Shown piece by piece: positions 48,801-63,212 of a stretch of DNA of 64,000 nucleotides. The first letter of the stretch is position 1. Each line of letters opens with the position of its first letter. The position numbers were made by a program, and so were the translations under genes. The stretch is from Tubulanus polymorphus (taxonomy: Eukaryota; Animalia; Nemertea), in contig NC_134029.1 in the NCBI RefSeq assembly GCF_964204645.1, positions 15,866,950 to 15,930,949 of the forward strand. The letters are read 5' to 3'. The notes beneath the pieces were generated by a model. The model saw only the letters and a list, made by a program, of their open reading frames with translations. It did not search any database and had not been told where the DNA came from.

Positions 48801-51800
48801 GGATACCTTGGTAACTATTCTATGAAGTTTCAAATATACCCCTATAAACCCCTAAATTATAATACAGCAGCGGAGACACTATGTGGTATTGAAAGGGTTA
48901 AGTGCTTATTCTGTATAATTAAATTAGTCCCGTTTTTCATAAACATTCCCTTTAAAATTCTAATTAAAATCAAAATAATCATGATGCATGATGGCTTCAG
49001 CAGCGAATAAACTCTCTAAACTACTATGAAACGAGGGGGATGTTTTCTTTTCATGTATAAAGGATGTCAAGTGGATCTAATGAACCATCGGATGCTATGA
49101 ATTATCTGTTATCCGTATATTACTTAATCCGTACTAAAAAGCTCAGTCGCTAGTGATACGGATTAACCGAGGTTGACTGAAGTTAATTTAAACAACGCAT
49201 CATCCTTTTTCTATTCTCAAGCAGTTTCTTGAAAAATCATGATTGCAGAAGGGTTCGCACCTTGTTTGTTAAATATCTTTTACTCGCGACAGATGGAAGT
49301 CTGAGAACTCTATTGAGAGCTGACATTACATCGATATCATCCGGAAGTGTCAGTGGAATAGCTGCTTCAGCAATATGTTCCAAGTGAAATAACTGAAATA
49401 TACAGTACAAGAATTACAACTTTTATCTACCAAATTCCTAAATAAACCAGCAAATTTTAATGTTTATGCATTCTGAATACAGATAATGAAATACCTTTTG
49501 AGGCATTTTTCCAAGACAGAGTTCCAAATCTAAATCAACAGGATACTTAATATTAGGACAAACTTCCTCCTTCGCAAGCTGGCCCTGTCCGCTAGATTCA
49601 CCAGATTCAATACACTCAGACTCCAAGCGAATCTAAATTATACAATTAACACACAAAATACATGCCAATAAAATGCAAATTCTGCGAGAATCTTACCTTT
49701 CCATCTCCTGTTATATTTCCAACAAAGCTCACAGGACATTTCTCACGCAAACAGATATTCTGCAGAATCTCAGAATCTGCTGGTTTGGCTAGAATAGCAT
49801 TACTCTCTTGGTATTCAGCACCCCACAGTTCAAGAACATTAATTGTTGGATCAGCAAATTGAAAAGCTTCCACATGAATCAAGGCCCCAGATGGATCGCA
49901 AATCTCTTTGAGAACATTACCTGAAACAGATGACATAATCTTCAGAATCAATGAGTGTCACATGCATCAGACATGTAAATTAGAAAATAAAGGATTATTT
50001 GGTCTTGTAGCTCACTTGCAATCGATACCTGAAGTTAAAATACAGCAATTTAATACCCAGGGCATTTAGTCCACTCGTAGTCTATGTACTTCGTAGCATT
50101 GGTGTCTTGAATCAGGGCAAAGTTTCTAGAGTTAATATGCAAGGGGCACTATGGCCAGACTATAAAAGTCGCTTTGATGCAATCTGTGGGTGGGTAATTT
50201 TTGTCGAAATACACTCCCTGTTCAATATAATTAACAGTACAATCCTATTTCTAAAAACAGCAGGAACAAATAACTCAGACCATTTTTTCCCCTTGCTTAT
50301 ATGCACTTCCAGTCAGATCCGAATAGAAAAATTAAGAAATTATTGACAAAACCCATAGGTAGATGTACCTGCTACCATTTCATAGAATGACTAAATACGG
50401 CTATAAAGGCCAATCCATTCTAATAACTCAAGTTAACACTTGGAACATTTATAATCAAAATAATCATAATTATACTTGACCCCCTGCTGGGCGACAGGCA
50501 GACAACGCTAATATTGCAATTCATTCTTACCATTACCACCTGCTCCCTGGTCGTGAATACTTCTAATAGGATTATTTTCTCCAAGCTCGATACATGCACG
50601 GATTACCCGATTTAATTTCTGTTCCATTTCTGCATCACCTCTTTGAACAGCCCCTAAATCAAGCTCAGATTTATTGTCACCTTGCACTGATACAGAGCTT
50701 GCTGCACCTCCACCAACTCCAATTCTATATACAGGACCACCAATCTTCACAACATCATATCCTGTAAAAAAAAGGTTCATTCATATCAAATGCCTTTTCA
50801 TATGTATAGAATAACACAATCTAAGAACTATCATAGGAGGGGGAAGGGGCCCTTACTTGTTGGTCAATATGCAACCCTTTATCCCAGCCGACATCGTAAT
50901 TTTCTGGACCCATTTATAAAATTTACCCGTTTTTTAGGTTAGAAATTTGACTTTTACACATATATATATGGGTTTATTCTAATTTAGCCAGGACCTGTGG
51001 CAATCTTCTGAAGGAATTTCTTTAAACCAGTTATTCGAAGTCTTCAGGCCACGCAGGAGTCTTCTGAATAGGGAGTACATGCTTTTTAGAAGCGATTCAA
51101 CCCTGTAAAGCAGAACTCGATATACATACCATTGCCTCAAGACAATGGGATACTGGTCACATTACTGAGGCAAGCGAGGATTCAGCGAAAATCCACCTGG
51201 ACCGCTTGTGAGTTACCGCACTTCAATTTCATCTACTTCTCTATTAAATTTGAGTCAGCTTTTCTCATCATTAAATCAAATTTCAGGGAAATGTTTACCA
51301 TACACCGAATCTTATATCTATCAAATGACATGTTTGATAATTTTCGGGTTCGGAACCCTACGAATCAAGTACAAATTTCATTGAAAATGGACTGATTTTC
51401 ACGTGTTGTGTCATCTGGTGGTGCAGGTATCCCATTGATCTAAGTATGCATAAGTGTTGATTTTGCTGAACAATAATGACCGCCAGTCGGTCATCTTTGA
51501 TTCCATCTCAGTCCATTTGCGGGCTGCAAATGCCAATATATAGACCATGCATCTTAAGTCAAATCAGTCTAGGCTTACAGACAGGCAGATGGATATTTTT
51601 AGAGACAAGGGGTGAAAAGTGAATGCAATAGCCCCTCGTACTTAATTCCCAAGTGGGCCAATAAATATGTTACCTATAATTGGTTCACTTTTCTGAATAT
51701 GTCCATCCTCAATGTAGCCAATTCCACCGCTGAACATGATTGGTTTTATCCATTCTCGGCGAGTACTCTGATGCAACAAATTCCCAAAAGATCGAGCAAA

Positions 51801-51934
51801 TCCAGCCAAGAGAGGTTCACCAAATTTATTACCATAATCCGAAGCTCCGTTACTAGCCTCTATAGCAATCTGAACTGGGCGTGCAAAATTATCAGGATAT
51901 GAAAATGATGAGTCTTCCCAAGGCAAATCGTATC
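40521..51934 (-). CDS. PFAS: Phosphoribosylformylglycinamidine synthase (FGAM synthase), 3' about 17 exons; 5' exons lie beyond the window end
   Basis: Exons with [82 protein letters not shown] (catalytic Cys) and MMPHPER; GT-AG boundaries; stop at 40521. Confidence 0.96.
42727..42880. repeat. (TA)n/(CA)-mixed microsatellite
   Basis: Seen directly in the sequence. Confidence 0.95.
42881..44462. repeat. Near-identical tandem triplication, period about 541 bp, in a PFAS intron
   Basis: ATCTGACACCCCTCCAAG at 43021, 43562 and 44104. Confidence 0.95.
44206..44643. mobile_element. Tc1/mariner-type MITE
   Basis: TIR CCGTATTT(T)CCGGTGTAYAAGTCGA with TA flanks; its left half is also copied in the two upstream repeat units. 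Confidence 0.8.
47100..47700 (-). mobile_element. Penelope-like element 3' fragment with a degenerate hammerhead motif
   Basis: Minus strand reads CCTGTTGATGGTTAAC...GTTAGCCGAAACGTCG at 47177-47215; upstream ...DTGLN resembles the end of a GIY-YIG ORF; boundaries approximate. Confidence 0.55.
47872..49179. mobile_element. Tc1/pogo-type MITE containing a nested piggyBac derivative
   Basis: TIR CAGTCAACCTCGGTTAATC at both ends; TA on the left flank. Confidence 0.8.
47913..48897. mobile_element. Non-autonomous piggyBac element
   Basis: TTAA TSDs; TIR CCCTT(A/T)CAATACCAC; acidic N-terminal transposase-like relic at about 48062-48280. Confidence 0.8.
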
Positions 51935-52483
51935 CTATATTCAGATATAAAGCAAAAATAATGTGTTTATCTTAAGTGACAAAGGGCACTTTTATGACAA
52001 TTGTTCTAGCTTCGATGATTTCCAATCTTATTTAATTTGTTCAGACTTCAGATATCTATCAAGCACCTAATTGGCATACAATATATTGTACACAGAGATG
52101 AAGGCAAAATTGATACCGGGTAAAAGATTAATTTTTAATTTCATGCAACAGTTATGTTGAACGTTCATTGAATCCAATAATTATATCCAGGAAACAAGAC
52201 GCAAGTTGTTTTGCAGTTGTATGCAGTGTGTGCCAGAAAATAGTTCCTCCAAAATGATTGAATATTCATAAGTTAATCCATATGAATAAACAAATTTTTT
52301 GGATGGATTAGTAATCAGTAGGATGTCTTCATTACATATTGAGGATAATGGGTCTAGTAGACCACACCTGGCTGGTTTTCAAAGACTAATTATGAATCGG
52401 CCTATTATACTGCAAAACCAAACTTGATTAATGAAATTAAGCTGTTTACTAATGATGATATCACTTAAGGGCAGGTATTAGTT

Positions 52484-53285
52484 GTGTGATAGAGTGAAGT
52501 TTATTTACTGTAAGCTGGCGCACCTCTTTGGGTGTTGGTGAAATCACAGTTGACTTCCTGGAGGTGTTGTCAGTCTTTAGAATTCTGCCATGTAGACGGG
52601 GATATTCTGTGTTTTTGAAATAAAGTTTCCTGTACGTATACAAAAAACTTAATCTTAATTAGGTAAGTTGTTTTATGTAGATATCATATTATTAATGTTG
52701 ATGCTGTATTTGTAGGCCTTATCATTGAAATTAGATGTGTTTAATGGAATTGTTGAAATTCCTTTATGAAATCAAATTTCCCACCATTTCTGTATGCTAG
52801 TCGAGTAGGTTAGAAAGTGGTCGAATCTTCAAATTGTCTCATCAGAATATTGTAATGTAAATATTTATCTAATGTTTGAAAATAGTGTTATAAATTAGTC
52901 GAAAAAGCTGATTAATAAGTGTGATATATAATATGTAAGTTACTTTATTGTTTCGAGGACAATTTAGTGAAGATGTTGTGAGATAATAAAATGTATATAA
53001 GTTAAATAGATACTGGAGGTTGTCAGTCTTTAGAATTCTGCCATGTAGGCAGGATATTCTGTGTTTTTGAAATAAAGTTTACTGTTCCTGTAACTTTTTC
53101 TTATTTAGATTAACTTAAGCGATCAGTTCCTGAGAGAAGAAACGGCTGATCAACCGCCACGGCAGTTGGTAGTTGTCTGATGGCAGCAGTCTCCCTTGCA
53201 AATTGGTTCTTAAATCTCAGTTGCTGAGTGGGAATCACAACGAATGGTAATCGTCCGACGATCGGAGAGATCCAACGCTGTGACA
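52484..53285 (+). repeat. 5' LTR of the second Gypsy element
   Basis: Homologous to 63271-64000; contains an internal duplication of about 70 bp (52558 and 53013). Confidence 0.85.
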
Positions 53286-55959
53286 TTTGGCACCCGGTAT
53301 GGGACCCAACAAGGAATGATTGCCGACACCAACCAGCCAAAGAATATCATGATCTCCTGTGTCGTTAATACGATCGTAAATTTAGCGACCTGAATAGTTT
53401 TCGGGGATCATTGTGGGAAAGAAATTGTGAGTACGGGATGAATTGCGTATTCTGGAGTTTGATTGGAATGAAAATATCAAATATATATCAGCCATATCGA
53501 ATCGATATAACGCCACTCTAGAGTCAGTGGTGTATATTCGTTTGTGGATTGTGTTGTCCTGTGATAAATCAGTCGTATTGTTGTCATGTGTTGTACTGTG
53601 TACGTATTTGTGTGTTGAGTCCTGGTTTAACAAAACAAAATCGGGAAAGGATAAGTTTTGGTGTTTCGTTTACATTTTGCATGGAGAATTCATACACGTT
53701 GGGATCGTATTGCCATCGAATAACCGCAATATAGTTCAGCTACGGAGAGTTCGATCTATACAAAAATTTCAATAGCGCTTGAATATCTTAAGAAGCGAAC
53801 TGAAGTGATTTTCTTTGAAAAAAAAAACTATCAAGGAAGTTAATTTTCTCTCGTTTTTGGATTGAAATGATTAAAGAATAGCTTTGATAATTCATAGAGC
53901 TGATTTTTAGTGAATGATTAATTAACAACAATATAAAAGAGGTAACAACGAACAAATGTTAAGTCTTGGACTCAGACCTGATATTCTCGAAGCATTCCTC
54001 TTTTAGGTCGCTGAGTCGCCGGTCTAGAATAACGTTCGACTACATTCAGACAATTCAGCTTCAGAGAGAAAAGAAACAACAGAAAAGTATCAGGTGATTA
54101 TCGATAGTTTACTACGGAACACACGGTTGACAAAAAGTGTTAGGCATGTGCCGTTTGGTGCGTACTGGGACAAAAATATACCGGTTGGTCAGTTGGTTAG
54201 GTTGTGAAGTGTGGTTGAAACTAAGAAAGCCTACCAGTATTTATTTGTCTATCTTGTTGATCTTGATCGTGGGCCTATTATAGTAGTCAATACCATTTTA
54301 AGTACAAAGTTGTTACCCGTACATGACTGTACGGTGATCTCCACAGGTTAACCGTATGTGAGTTCCCTACATACGCCATACGTGAGTTCCTATATTATAA
54401 TCTACGTATGCACATGCGTGAAAGAATAGGGTTTGGGTTAGGTGAGGCTATATGTAAATTTACTATCATCAACCTTGCAGTTGCGTTCTGTGGCTCAGTT
54501 GGTCTGCTGGACTACTGCTGGATTTTTTTTTTCATTTGGTATCGAAACCCAATATTGCAAGTCAGAGCGTCAACGTACTCACATGGCCCTACACCGATGT
54601 TACTATAATTGGTGCCATTATCATATGGATATGATTTGGCCAGGACTAGCCTTAAGTCAGTCTATGCATTATTCAATCGATATCATTAAAACAATACGGT
54701 GAAGTATTCACATGCAGAAAGGCTAATTGATTTGAGCCCTGCGATTAAATTTTGCTAAGGCCTTGTGACCTGCTGACATTTATATTCAAGCCTAGATCCA
54801 AAACCTTCATGTGGTCACAGCTTGTATACCAAAAATCATGATGTAGGCCTGTACATTTTGCTGTACGTTGGTTTGGTATACCGATTTCTCCTTGACTGAT
54901 AAGTGTACGGTACAGCTGTACGCATTATACCAATGGGGATAGGGCATATTGTTTGGGCGTATTATTTCCTGCTTTAGAATATTGAAATAAGCCTAACGTT
55001 CATTCAAATATCCAACATCGGTGAAAGTTTGAATACTGTATACATGTACTGTTTACAATATAGGTTTTCATGTTCTATGAATATTTTGCAGTTCAAATGG
55101 GTTAATGCGGAATCCAATGAAATTAAATGCTGGTCAAGGTCAGTCAACACCAAGAACTCACTTCGACCGATGTTGCATCATATGATAGGAGATCTGATTC
55201 TTTCAAGTCAAGCAAAGTGATTCGACATGATCGACATAACACTGGAATAGGTTTGCATGACTAACAGTTCATTTCATTTAGTCCTATGTAATCTTTAGCC
55301 AATTTGGATTTGATTGTAATTGAAGCTCTGGAACTGTTGTCAAGAGACATGTAAGACAGGTGGAAAGAACACAAGTTATGCTTGATTCTCATATTCAAGT
55401 AAAATTCAAATTCAAATTTATTTCATTACATCATATTAACAAAGCATATCATTGGTTCATAGAGTAATTGAAATTAGGACGGAACAAATATTATTATAGA
55501 ATTTTCAAAAAGGTAATGAATGTCTATAATGAAATGAACATTATTTTTCTAATAACTAAGAGTGACTGTTCCGTTTATTTGGAAACACACATAACTAGTC
55601 GAATAGGTTTGATATTTACTCACATGTTGCAGGTATAAAATTGTTTATCAGTATAGAATTTGTAATCCATAAAACCATAAATCAACATCGGCCTGCCACC
55701 CAGACCAAACCAAATCATAATTTATTGATTGAATCTACACTACAATATATGTATTCAAATATTTCAATAGAAAGATTAACTCCTTAAATCTATTCAAAAT
55801 CATAATACATTCTTATCTGTAAATTCACTCAATCGACTCAGCAGATTCTTAAGATGAGTTCTTTAGAAAAGATCCATCTTTTAAGCGTGTTGATAATACA
55901 GTATCATAAACTTTTAATGCCAAAATGAATGCCTGGTCAAATAAATTCATATTTCAGAG

Positions 55960-58900
55960 AAAACTGTCTCCGTGGAAAATTTACCATTTGAAGGGTATAC
56001 TGAATTGGATATAGAAATTGACGGTAAAAGTATGAAAATTTTAGCTCTCGAAGCCCCGCCCACAGAATATTATAACAATGTGCCGGTATTAATTGGAACC
56101 AACATTTTACGGCGTTTGCGGAACCAGTTTGTGTATAGGGACAAAGGCTCTGATCCTTCGGTTTGAACCACGCAATCCTCTTTTATTCCGCCCAATTCGG
56201 AAGTAACTCTTCATGTCATTGTCCGTAATTCAGTGATAAATAGTCTCGTGATGTCAGATGCTACGGATGTGAGGGTTCCAGGAAGCCTGACTATCATTCC
56301 TACTGTCCCCTATCTTTCTGAGACTCGATGTTGCCGCGTTGCGATAAGAGTGCGGAATTCAAGCAGCAAAGGGGTAACGATTCCAAGTAAGTCTTAGTTG
56401 TGTAGGTTAATTTCTGTTAATGAAGTCGCAAACTGTTCTACCATTCCAGATGCAAGTGCTTTTTACACTAGTGCTTTTGCACTACTTTTTACGTTATATA
56501 TATTACCTATTGGAGAGATTATCCGTCAGCTTTCTACTCTGTATCATATATATGCTGATGACCAACAGCTTTATAAGTTTGTCAATCCTAAATGCTTCGT
56601 TGAAATTTCAAGTACACTCAATATGTTAAATAAACTAGTCACTTTCATTTTCAATTGGCTAACCATAAACAAACTCAAAGCTAACCGTGAAAAGACAGAA
56701 TTTATCATACTTGGAACTCCGCATTTTAAGAGTCTTCTGCCTAATGATATTTTTCTTACTATAGATGGTGCAAAGATCTATCCATCTCAATGTATTCGTA
56801 ATTTAGGTGTTTTATTTGATGATTCTTTGTCACTCGTTGACCATGTTAGTAATGTATGTAAAGCTGCGAATTTTCACTTATATACTATTGGTAAGATACG
56901 TAACCTACTTGATGATAAATCATGTAAAACTGCTGTAAATTCTCTGGTCACATCTCGTTTGGACTACGCAAACTCATTACTTGTTGGATCCAATAACACA
57001 CTAGTTAATCGCCTACAACTAATTCAAAATAATGCTGCAAGGATTATAACAAGAACTAGAAAGTCTGAACATATTACACCTATTCTAATGGATCTACATT
57101 GGCTGCCAATTGCTGTTCCATCAGAGTTCAAAATTCTTTTAACTGTCTATAAATGCCTTAATGATACTGCCCCTCAGTATTTAAAATCTCTTTTAACTGT
57201 TTACACTCAATCACGACAACTTAGATCCAATTCAGTAACCAATAATCTAGTCATACCTCAGTCAAATCGGAAATTTGGTGAGAGGGCTTTTAGGTGTGCG
57301 GCGCCAGCATTATGGAATGGGCTTCCTAGTCACGTTAAAACTAGTCCTACTGTTCAATCTTTTAAAACTAGTCTCAAAACTTTTCTTTTTAATCGAACAT
57401 GTTTGTCATAACTTCTAGTCAAGTATTCCACTTAATATGTAAATTTTTTTTACATGTGTCTCTATTTTATGTATGTTTTCTTTTTTAATGTCAAGCACAA
57501 TGATTATGTTTTAGACTTGGGCTTTATAAGAAAATAAATTATTATTATTATAAGTGGGGTCAACGAAAACAGAATCGATGAAGTCTCGGATGACGAGTTT
57601 CTAAAGAGCATCGATCTCACAGGCGTTCAAACGTAAAGGGAAAAAGGAATGCTCCGTGAACTTTTACTAAAATGGAAAAGATTTTTGCTGTCTAAGACTT
57701 GGATCTGGGAATGACTAAAGTTTACGAGCATCGCATTCGTCTCACGGACGACACACCTATAAACCAGAGATATCGGCGTATACCACCTGGAATGGTGAAT
57801 GAAGTGCAGGAGCATATCCGTTTAATGTTACAAGCAGGGGTAATTCGCCATTCGGTTAGTCCAGTAGTCTTGCTTCGCGAAAAGAATGGGGAACTCCGTT
57901 TCTGCATTGACTATCACGAACTTAACAAAAAGACCATACCCGATCGATACAGTCTGCCTCGTATCGACGAGGTATTTAACAACCTCGCGGAATGTGATCA
58001 GTTCACGTTGATCCACTTAAAATCTATTGGGATATTGGCAACTAGAGATGGCCGAAAGGGATCGTGAGAAAACGGCATTCAATGCAGGACCAGGATTCAG
58101 ATTCTACAAGGTTGAAAAAATGCCGTTCGGGCTTACCGGCGCAACTGCTTCATTTCAACGACTGATGGAACGAGTCCTTGGGGAATTAAATCTACGGACA
58201 TGTATTGTCTACATAGATGATATAATTGTATTCTCCAAGGGAGCGAAACAACACATCGAAAGGTTAGTGGAGGTATTCGCTTGCCTGGAGAGAGCTGGTT
58301 TGAAAGCTAAGCCCTCTAAATGTATCTTCATGAGACCCGAGGTTCTTTTTTTAGGTCACAAGATATCAAATAAAGGTATAGAGATAGATCCTTCCAAGAT
58401 AAGAATGATTCGCGAATGGAAACGACCGGAGACCGTGAGGGAATTGCAGCCTTTTCTGGGATTCGCAGGGTTCTATCGGTGATTTGTACCTGATTTCTCT
58501 CGGAGTGCAAAACCTCTCACAGATCATTTGAAGGGAATCCCGAAGGGTTGCCATCGAAATAAAAAAGTCGATGATCGACTCGTATGGGGTGATAAAGAAG
58601 AGGTAGCTTTCAATTCATTAAAAGAATCGTTAATGAATCCTCCTGTTCTAGGTTTCGAAGATTACTAAAGTCCTTTCATACTTCACACGGACGCTTCAAC
58701 AACGGGTCCCGGAGCCCTCCTTTATCAAGAACAGAACAGTGAGCATTGGGTGATTGGTTTCATGAGTCGGTCTCTCAAGGAGTCTGAGGCAAGATACCCA
58801 ATTCATAAGCTGGAGTTTCTCACCCTCAAATGGGCTGTCACCAATGAATTCCATGATTATTTATATGGACATTTCTGTACCGTGGAGACTGACAATAATC

Positions 58901-59130
58901 CTCTGACCCGTGTACGGCGAGCTGTGAAATTAGATGCCATCAGTCACCGTTGACTGCAGGCACTGTCGGTGTACCAGTTAGAAATCATCTATAAGCCAGG
59001 GAAGAGCATGAAAGATGCTGACATTTTTAGCCATCCCGTGGAGGCTGAGGTAGTCCAAGCATTCTGCACTTCAGCTCATGTAGAGTCCATTCCTCCATTG
59101 AGAGATGATACAGGTGACCTTGGAGAATTC
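55960..59130 (+). pseudogene. pol: Gypsy pol remnants (protease, RT, RNase H)
   Basis: VLIGTNIL, RFCIDY, MPFGL, YIDD, HTDAS, KLEFL, TDNNPL; many frameshifts and stops. Confidence 0.88.
56463..57551 (+). mobile_element. 5'-truncated L2/CR1-type LINE (RT C-terminus)
   Basis: LFTLYI...YADD, RNLGVLFD, SRLDYANS, LHWLP; AATAAA followed by a (TTA)n tail; splits the Gypsy PR-RT linker. Confidence 0.9.
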
Positions 59131-59219
59131 TGACTCAGTACTCGGGTACCAATGAAAAAAATGCTCACATAAAAAACATACAATTTTACACGAATTGGTT
59201 CAATGGCAACCTCATACCG

Positions 59220-60300
59220 CTGACAAAGGTAAACCAAAAATCACTGTACGGTTTGAAGCAATCTCCGAAATGTTGGAATACGGAATTCAAATCGTACATC
59301 GAATAGTAAGGATACAAGCAGAACGCTGCTGATCCATGCGTGTATGTGAAATTGAAAGTGTCAGGATATATTATTATTATTGCAGTGTATGTCGACGATT
59401 CGATTATCGTTGCTCAAGTTCTGTGTGCGTTGATTAGGTCGAAAGGTAATCTTTCGACAAAATTCGAAATGAAAGATATGGGTTAACTCCATTTCATTCT
59501 GGGAATAAGTTTTGTGCAGAAAATGGAGCGATAATGCTGCATCAACAGCAGTATATTCAACATATGCTCAACAAATTCGGATTAAGTGCTTGTAATCCTG
59601 TGTCTACGCCAATGGATATAAATATAAAATCAGTGAAATCTGATGGCGTGAGCAAACCTGTGATGAGATTATGTATCAATCAATGGTCGGAAGTTTGCAG
59701 CTATATGCAGCTATTGCTACACGACCAGATATGTCAAGCTTTGAGCTAAATTTCTAAATACTGCGGTGAGCCGTCAGAATCTCATCTGACTGCGGCTAAA
59801 GGAGTGTTTAGTTACCTGGAAGGCACAATGGATTTAGCGCTTGTGTACAAACAAAATGATGACGCCACTTAACAAGGATACTGGGATGCTAACTGGGGCA
59901 GTGACCTGGATGATAGAAGGTCAGTTACTGGAAATGTATTAATGTTAGCCAGCAGGGCAATTAGTTGGTTAAGTAAGGGTCAACCAACTGATGCGTTGTC
60001 TACAACGGAAAGCGAGTATATGAGTTTTAGTAGTGCGACGCAAGAAACTATCTGGTTGCGAAGATTATCATATGATCCTGGCGCGAAACAAGAGTCACCC
60101 ACTGTAATTGCGGAGGATAACCATGGTGCAATAGCGTTATCTAAGAATCCTGTAGGTTATTGCAGGACAAAACATATTGACTTACGACACCATTTCATAC
60201 GCGATGTGGTTACTGATGGAACAACAATGATTGAATACTGTAATACCTTGGACACGGTAGCGGATATACTCACCAAACCATTGCGTTGAAATGCACGTTG
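59220..60300 (+). pseudogene. Copia/Ty1 RT-RNase H fragment
   Basis: KSLYGLKQSP, YVDD, DANWGSD, STTESEY, RTKHIDLRHHFIRD, ADILTKPL. Confidence 0.9.
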
Positions 60301-60559
60301 AAATGTAACATTAACTGCATCGTTACTGCTGAACTTTAGTTGACTTGTTATTGATATATAACACATGGTGTCTGGGTTTTTTGATAGTATACACGTGTTA
60401 GTTTGTAATGTCTCATTCATAACCTAGTTTTCACACAATACAGAACGTTATATCTTATATGCCTTTTCTTGTCGTTATTTCCTAATCCACTGGTGATACG
60501 CTCATCTTTGCAATATGAGCGGGCATGTGGATGTGAGAATCTACTGGTACTCACTGACC

Positions 60560-61742
60560 ATTTTCAAAATTTTCAGTGGTGGTGGCAACGAAAAACCAAT
60601 TAGCTAATACAACTGCCAAAGCTATTTACGACAATTTCATTTTAAGATATGGCATACCAAAGATATATAGTGATCAAGGACGAAATTTCTAAAGTCAGAT
60701 AGTGAAAGAATTGTGCCAACGGCTAAAGATTGAAAGAAGCCGTACGACCCGGTACCACCCTCAAGGAAATGGGTGTGTAGAAAAAATGAATGGAACGCTT
60801 TTACGATGCTTGGTTCTACTTGAACCACATCAGAAAACTAAGTCGAAGGACTCTCTTCAGACGGTCGTTTGGCAGCACAACTGCACACCGCACGCTACGA
60901 CAGGGTTATGGCCGTATCAGCTACTCTTTGAAGAGAGCCTCATCTTCCACTGGACAGTATTTTCAGAGTGGATAAGCTGAGATGTCGTAAGAAGTTTGGG
61001 GAACAGTTACAAGAGGAAATCGCTCATGCGTGGAAGACTGCTCGACAACGAATGGAGAATGCTGTTGACAGATCGGGATGGTATTACGACGCAAAGATTA
61101 GGGGTGGGGTACTTCAAATGCAGGACTTGGTTTTGATTAAAAACGTTGGACCCTCATCTCATGGCAAATTATCGGACGATGATTTTCCTGTTTACACCGT
61201 CGAGAGTAGAAAGACCAGCAAACAAAGAACGCTACATCGTAATATGCTGTTTCCCTTGGCTTGTCCCCTTCGAGAGACTACGGAACATAAAGAATCGGAA
61301 AAAGGCAAAAAGATTGGTCAGTCAGATAAACGCAGGGCGAACGGAGGTGGATTGGAACAGGATGAGTCGTATTCCGATGACTCTTTCGACAGAATTGAGG
61401 AAATGGACCTTTTGATAGCTGTGCCTGATGAGAAAGCAGAGACAATTCTTGGAGGCCGATGTGCCTAATCAACTGGAACAGTACAGGATTGAGAAGGAAC
61501 AGGCCGAGATCGCGGAATCAGACGGTCGTGAATTACCTGTAGACGTTGCTGTGGAGGATCATGGCGTTGGAGCAGACAACGCCTCTGATGACAGAGTTAA
61601 AGAACAGCCGCCTCGTCGATCGAATCGAATACGTCAAGTGCCTGCTCGTTTCACGAACGGGGATTTTGTGTTGTCAGGTGGAACAGTGAATGAGAGTTCC
61701 AGATTGGCAGAGATGAATCGAAACCCTCATGGAAGCGGCTAG
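60560..61742 (+). pseudogene. Gypsy integrase and C-terminal remnants
   Basis: SDQGRNF, RTTRYHPQGNG, HNCTPHATTG, RTLHRNML, RRSNRIR. Confidence 0.85.
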
Positions 61743-61939
61743 AGATTTCATCAAATCCTTTGCTACTCTCGTCACTGATAAATATGATTCAAAATGGTTG
61801 ATAATTAATAAAAAAATAAGGGTTTTAATGCATATGTATATCTTGAAGTTGTTTTATTGGATGCCTCTTTATTGGATGATCCGAAAGAGATGAAAATTCT
61901 GCTATAAGGAAAGATTCAACTTTTAAGGAAAAAAAAAAA

Positions 61940-63198
61940 ATTAGGGGTCCAGGGACACCATGCATACTTGGGAAGTGGTTTCAAATGCTCAACAATCAAA
62001 CAATTTCAATATTCGACGCCCCCTGGTGACCATATACAAGAACCAATGACCTTGAAACTAACCACAATCATAGAACATGTCAGCAGCTACGATTTTATAG
62101 TTGATTGTGATAAAAAAATATGCCTCGTTACCAATTTAATATGGAAATACTAAGTAATTCTACTATTCAACGCCCCCTGGTGACCATATTCAAAACCCAA
62201 TAACCTTGTCACTCATCACAATCAAAGAACCTGTCATGAACAACAACTTTGCAATTGATCATGGTAACAAAATATGCCTAGGTACCAATATAATAAGGAA
62301 ATACTAGGTAATCCTACTATTCAACGCCCCCTGGTGACCATGTAGAAAACTTATTTCCTAAAAACTCAACACAATCATAGACGATGTCATGAGCTACAAC
62401 TTTGCAATTGCTCGTGGTGACAAAATATTTATTGGTACAAATATAATTTAGAAATACTAAGATATCGTATTATTCAGCGCCCCCTGGTGGCCATATTAAA
62501 AAACCAATGAACTTGAAACTCACCACAAACATAGAACACGTTACATTATAAGCTACAACCTTCTAATTCATTGTTGTAACAAAATATGCTTAGGTATCAA
62601 TATAATGTCGAAAAACTTATTCCCACCTACGAATGAGTACTAATGACACCAAGATGGCCACCAATTGCATCATAATTGGCTGATCAAAAAATACCTGTCT
62701 CAGGTATTTAACATCCCTTTCCAAAGAATACACATCAGCAATTGCAATGAGAAATGGCAAACCAGTAGGAAGCTACAGGACTCAGAATTCGGGCCAAAAT
62801 TGACATTTATGGGCACTTAAAAGGTCCTAGGACAACCATCTTGAGTCCGGTCGACCCAATTTGTGTTATGCTGATGGGCCCTGGGAGGGGTCAAATATAC
62901 ATAAAAGATCAAGGTTATTGATCAAAGCGTCTTCAAGCTTTCCCTCAAAAAGTTCAAAAACGTGTAAAAAGTGCTGATTTTGACGAACAACAATGGCTGC
63001 CAGTCGGCCATCTTGATTCTGACAGGGCCGGTTTTTGGGCTGAAGATGTGTCTAGGGTAGATACATGTATAACCCAAATATCAAGACATTACCTTGAAGC
63101 GTCTTCAAAACTTCCCAAAGTCTACGGCCAGACGGACGAACGGGCGGACGAAAAGTGAACGCAATAGCCTGCTGGGACTAAAGTCCAAAGTGGGCTAA
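61940..63198. repeat. Interspersed repeat with 4 tandem units of about 155 bp (CGCCCCCTGGTGACCAT core), HINE-like
   Basis: Core at about 62017, 62171, 62324 and 62478; its 3' end resembles 51610-51660. Confidence 0.7.
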
Positions 63199-63212
63199 AA
63201 AGGGGAGGGGCT

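Noticed and set aside
40521-51934. Bacterial purL or horizontal transfer
   Set aside because: Many spliceosomal GT-AG introns and a metazoan-type sequence; this is an ordinary host PFAS.
52150-52265. Possible further PFAS exon
   Set aside because: Translation does not give the expected upstream PFAS sequence (…GYCxGNLxIP).
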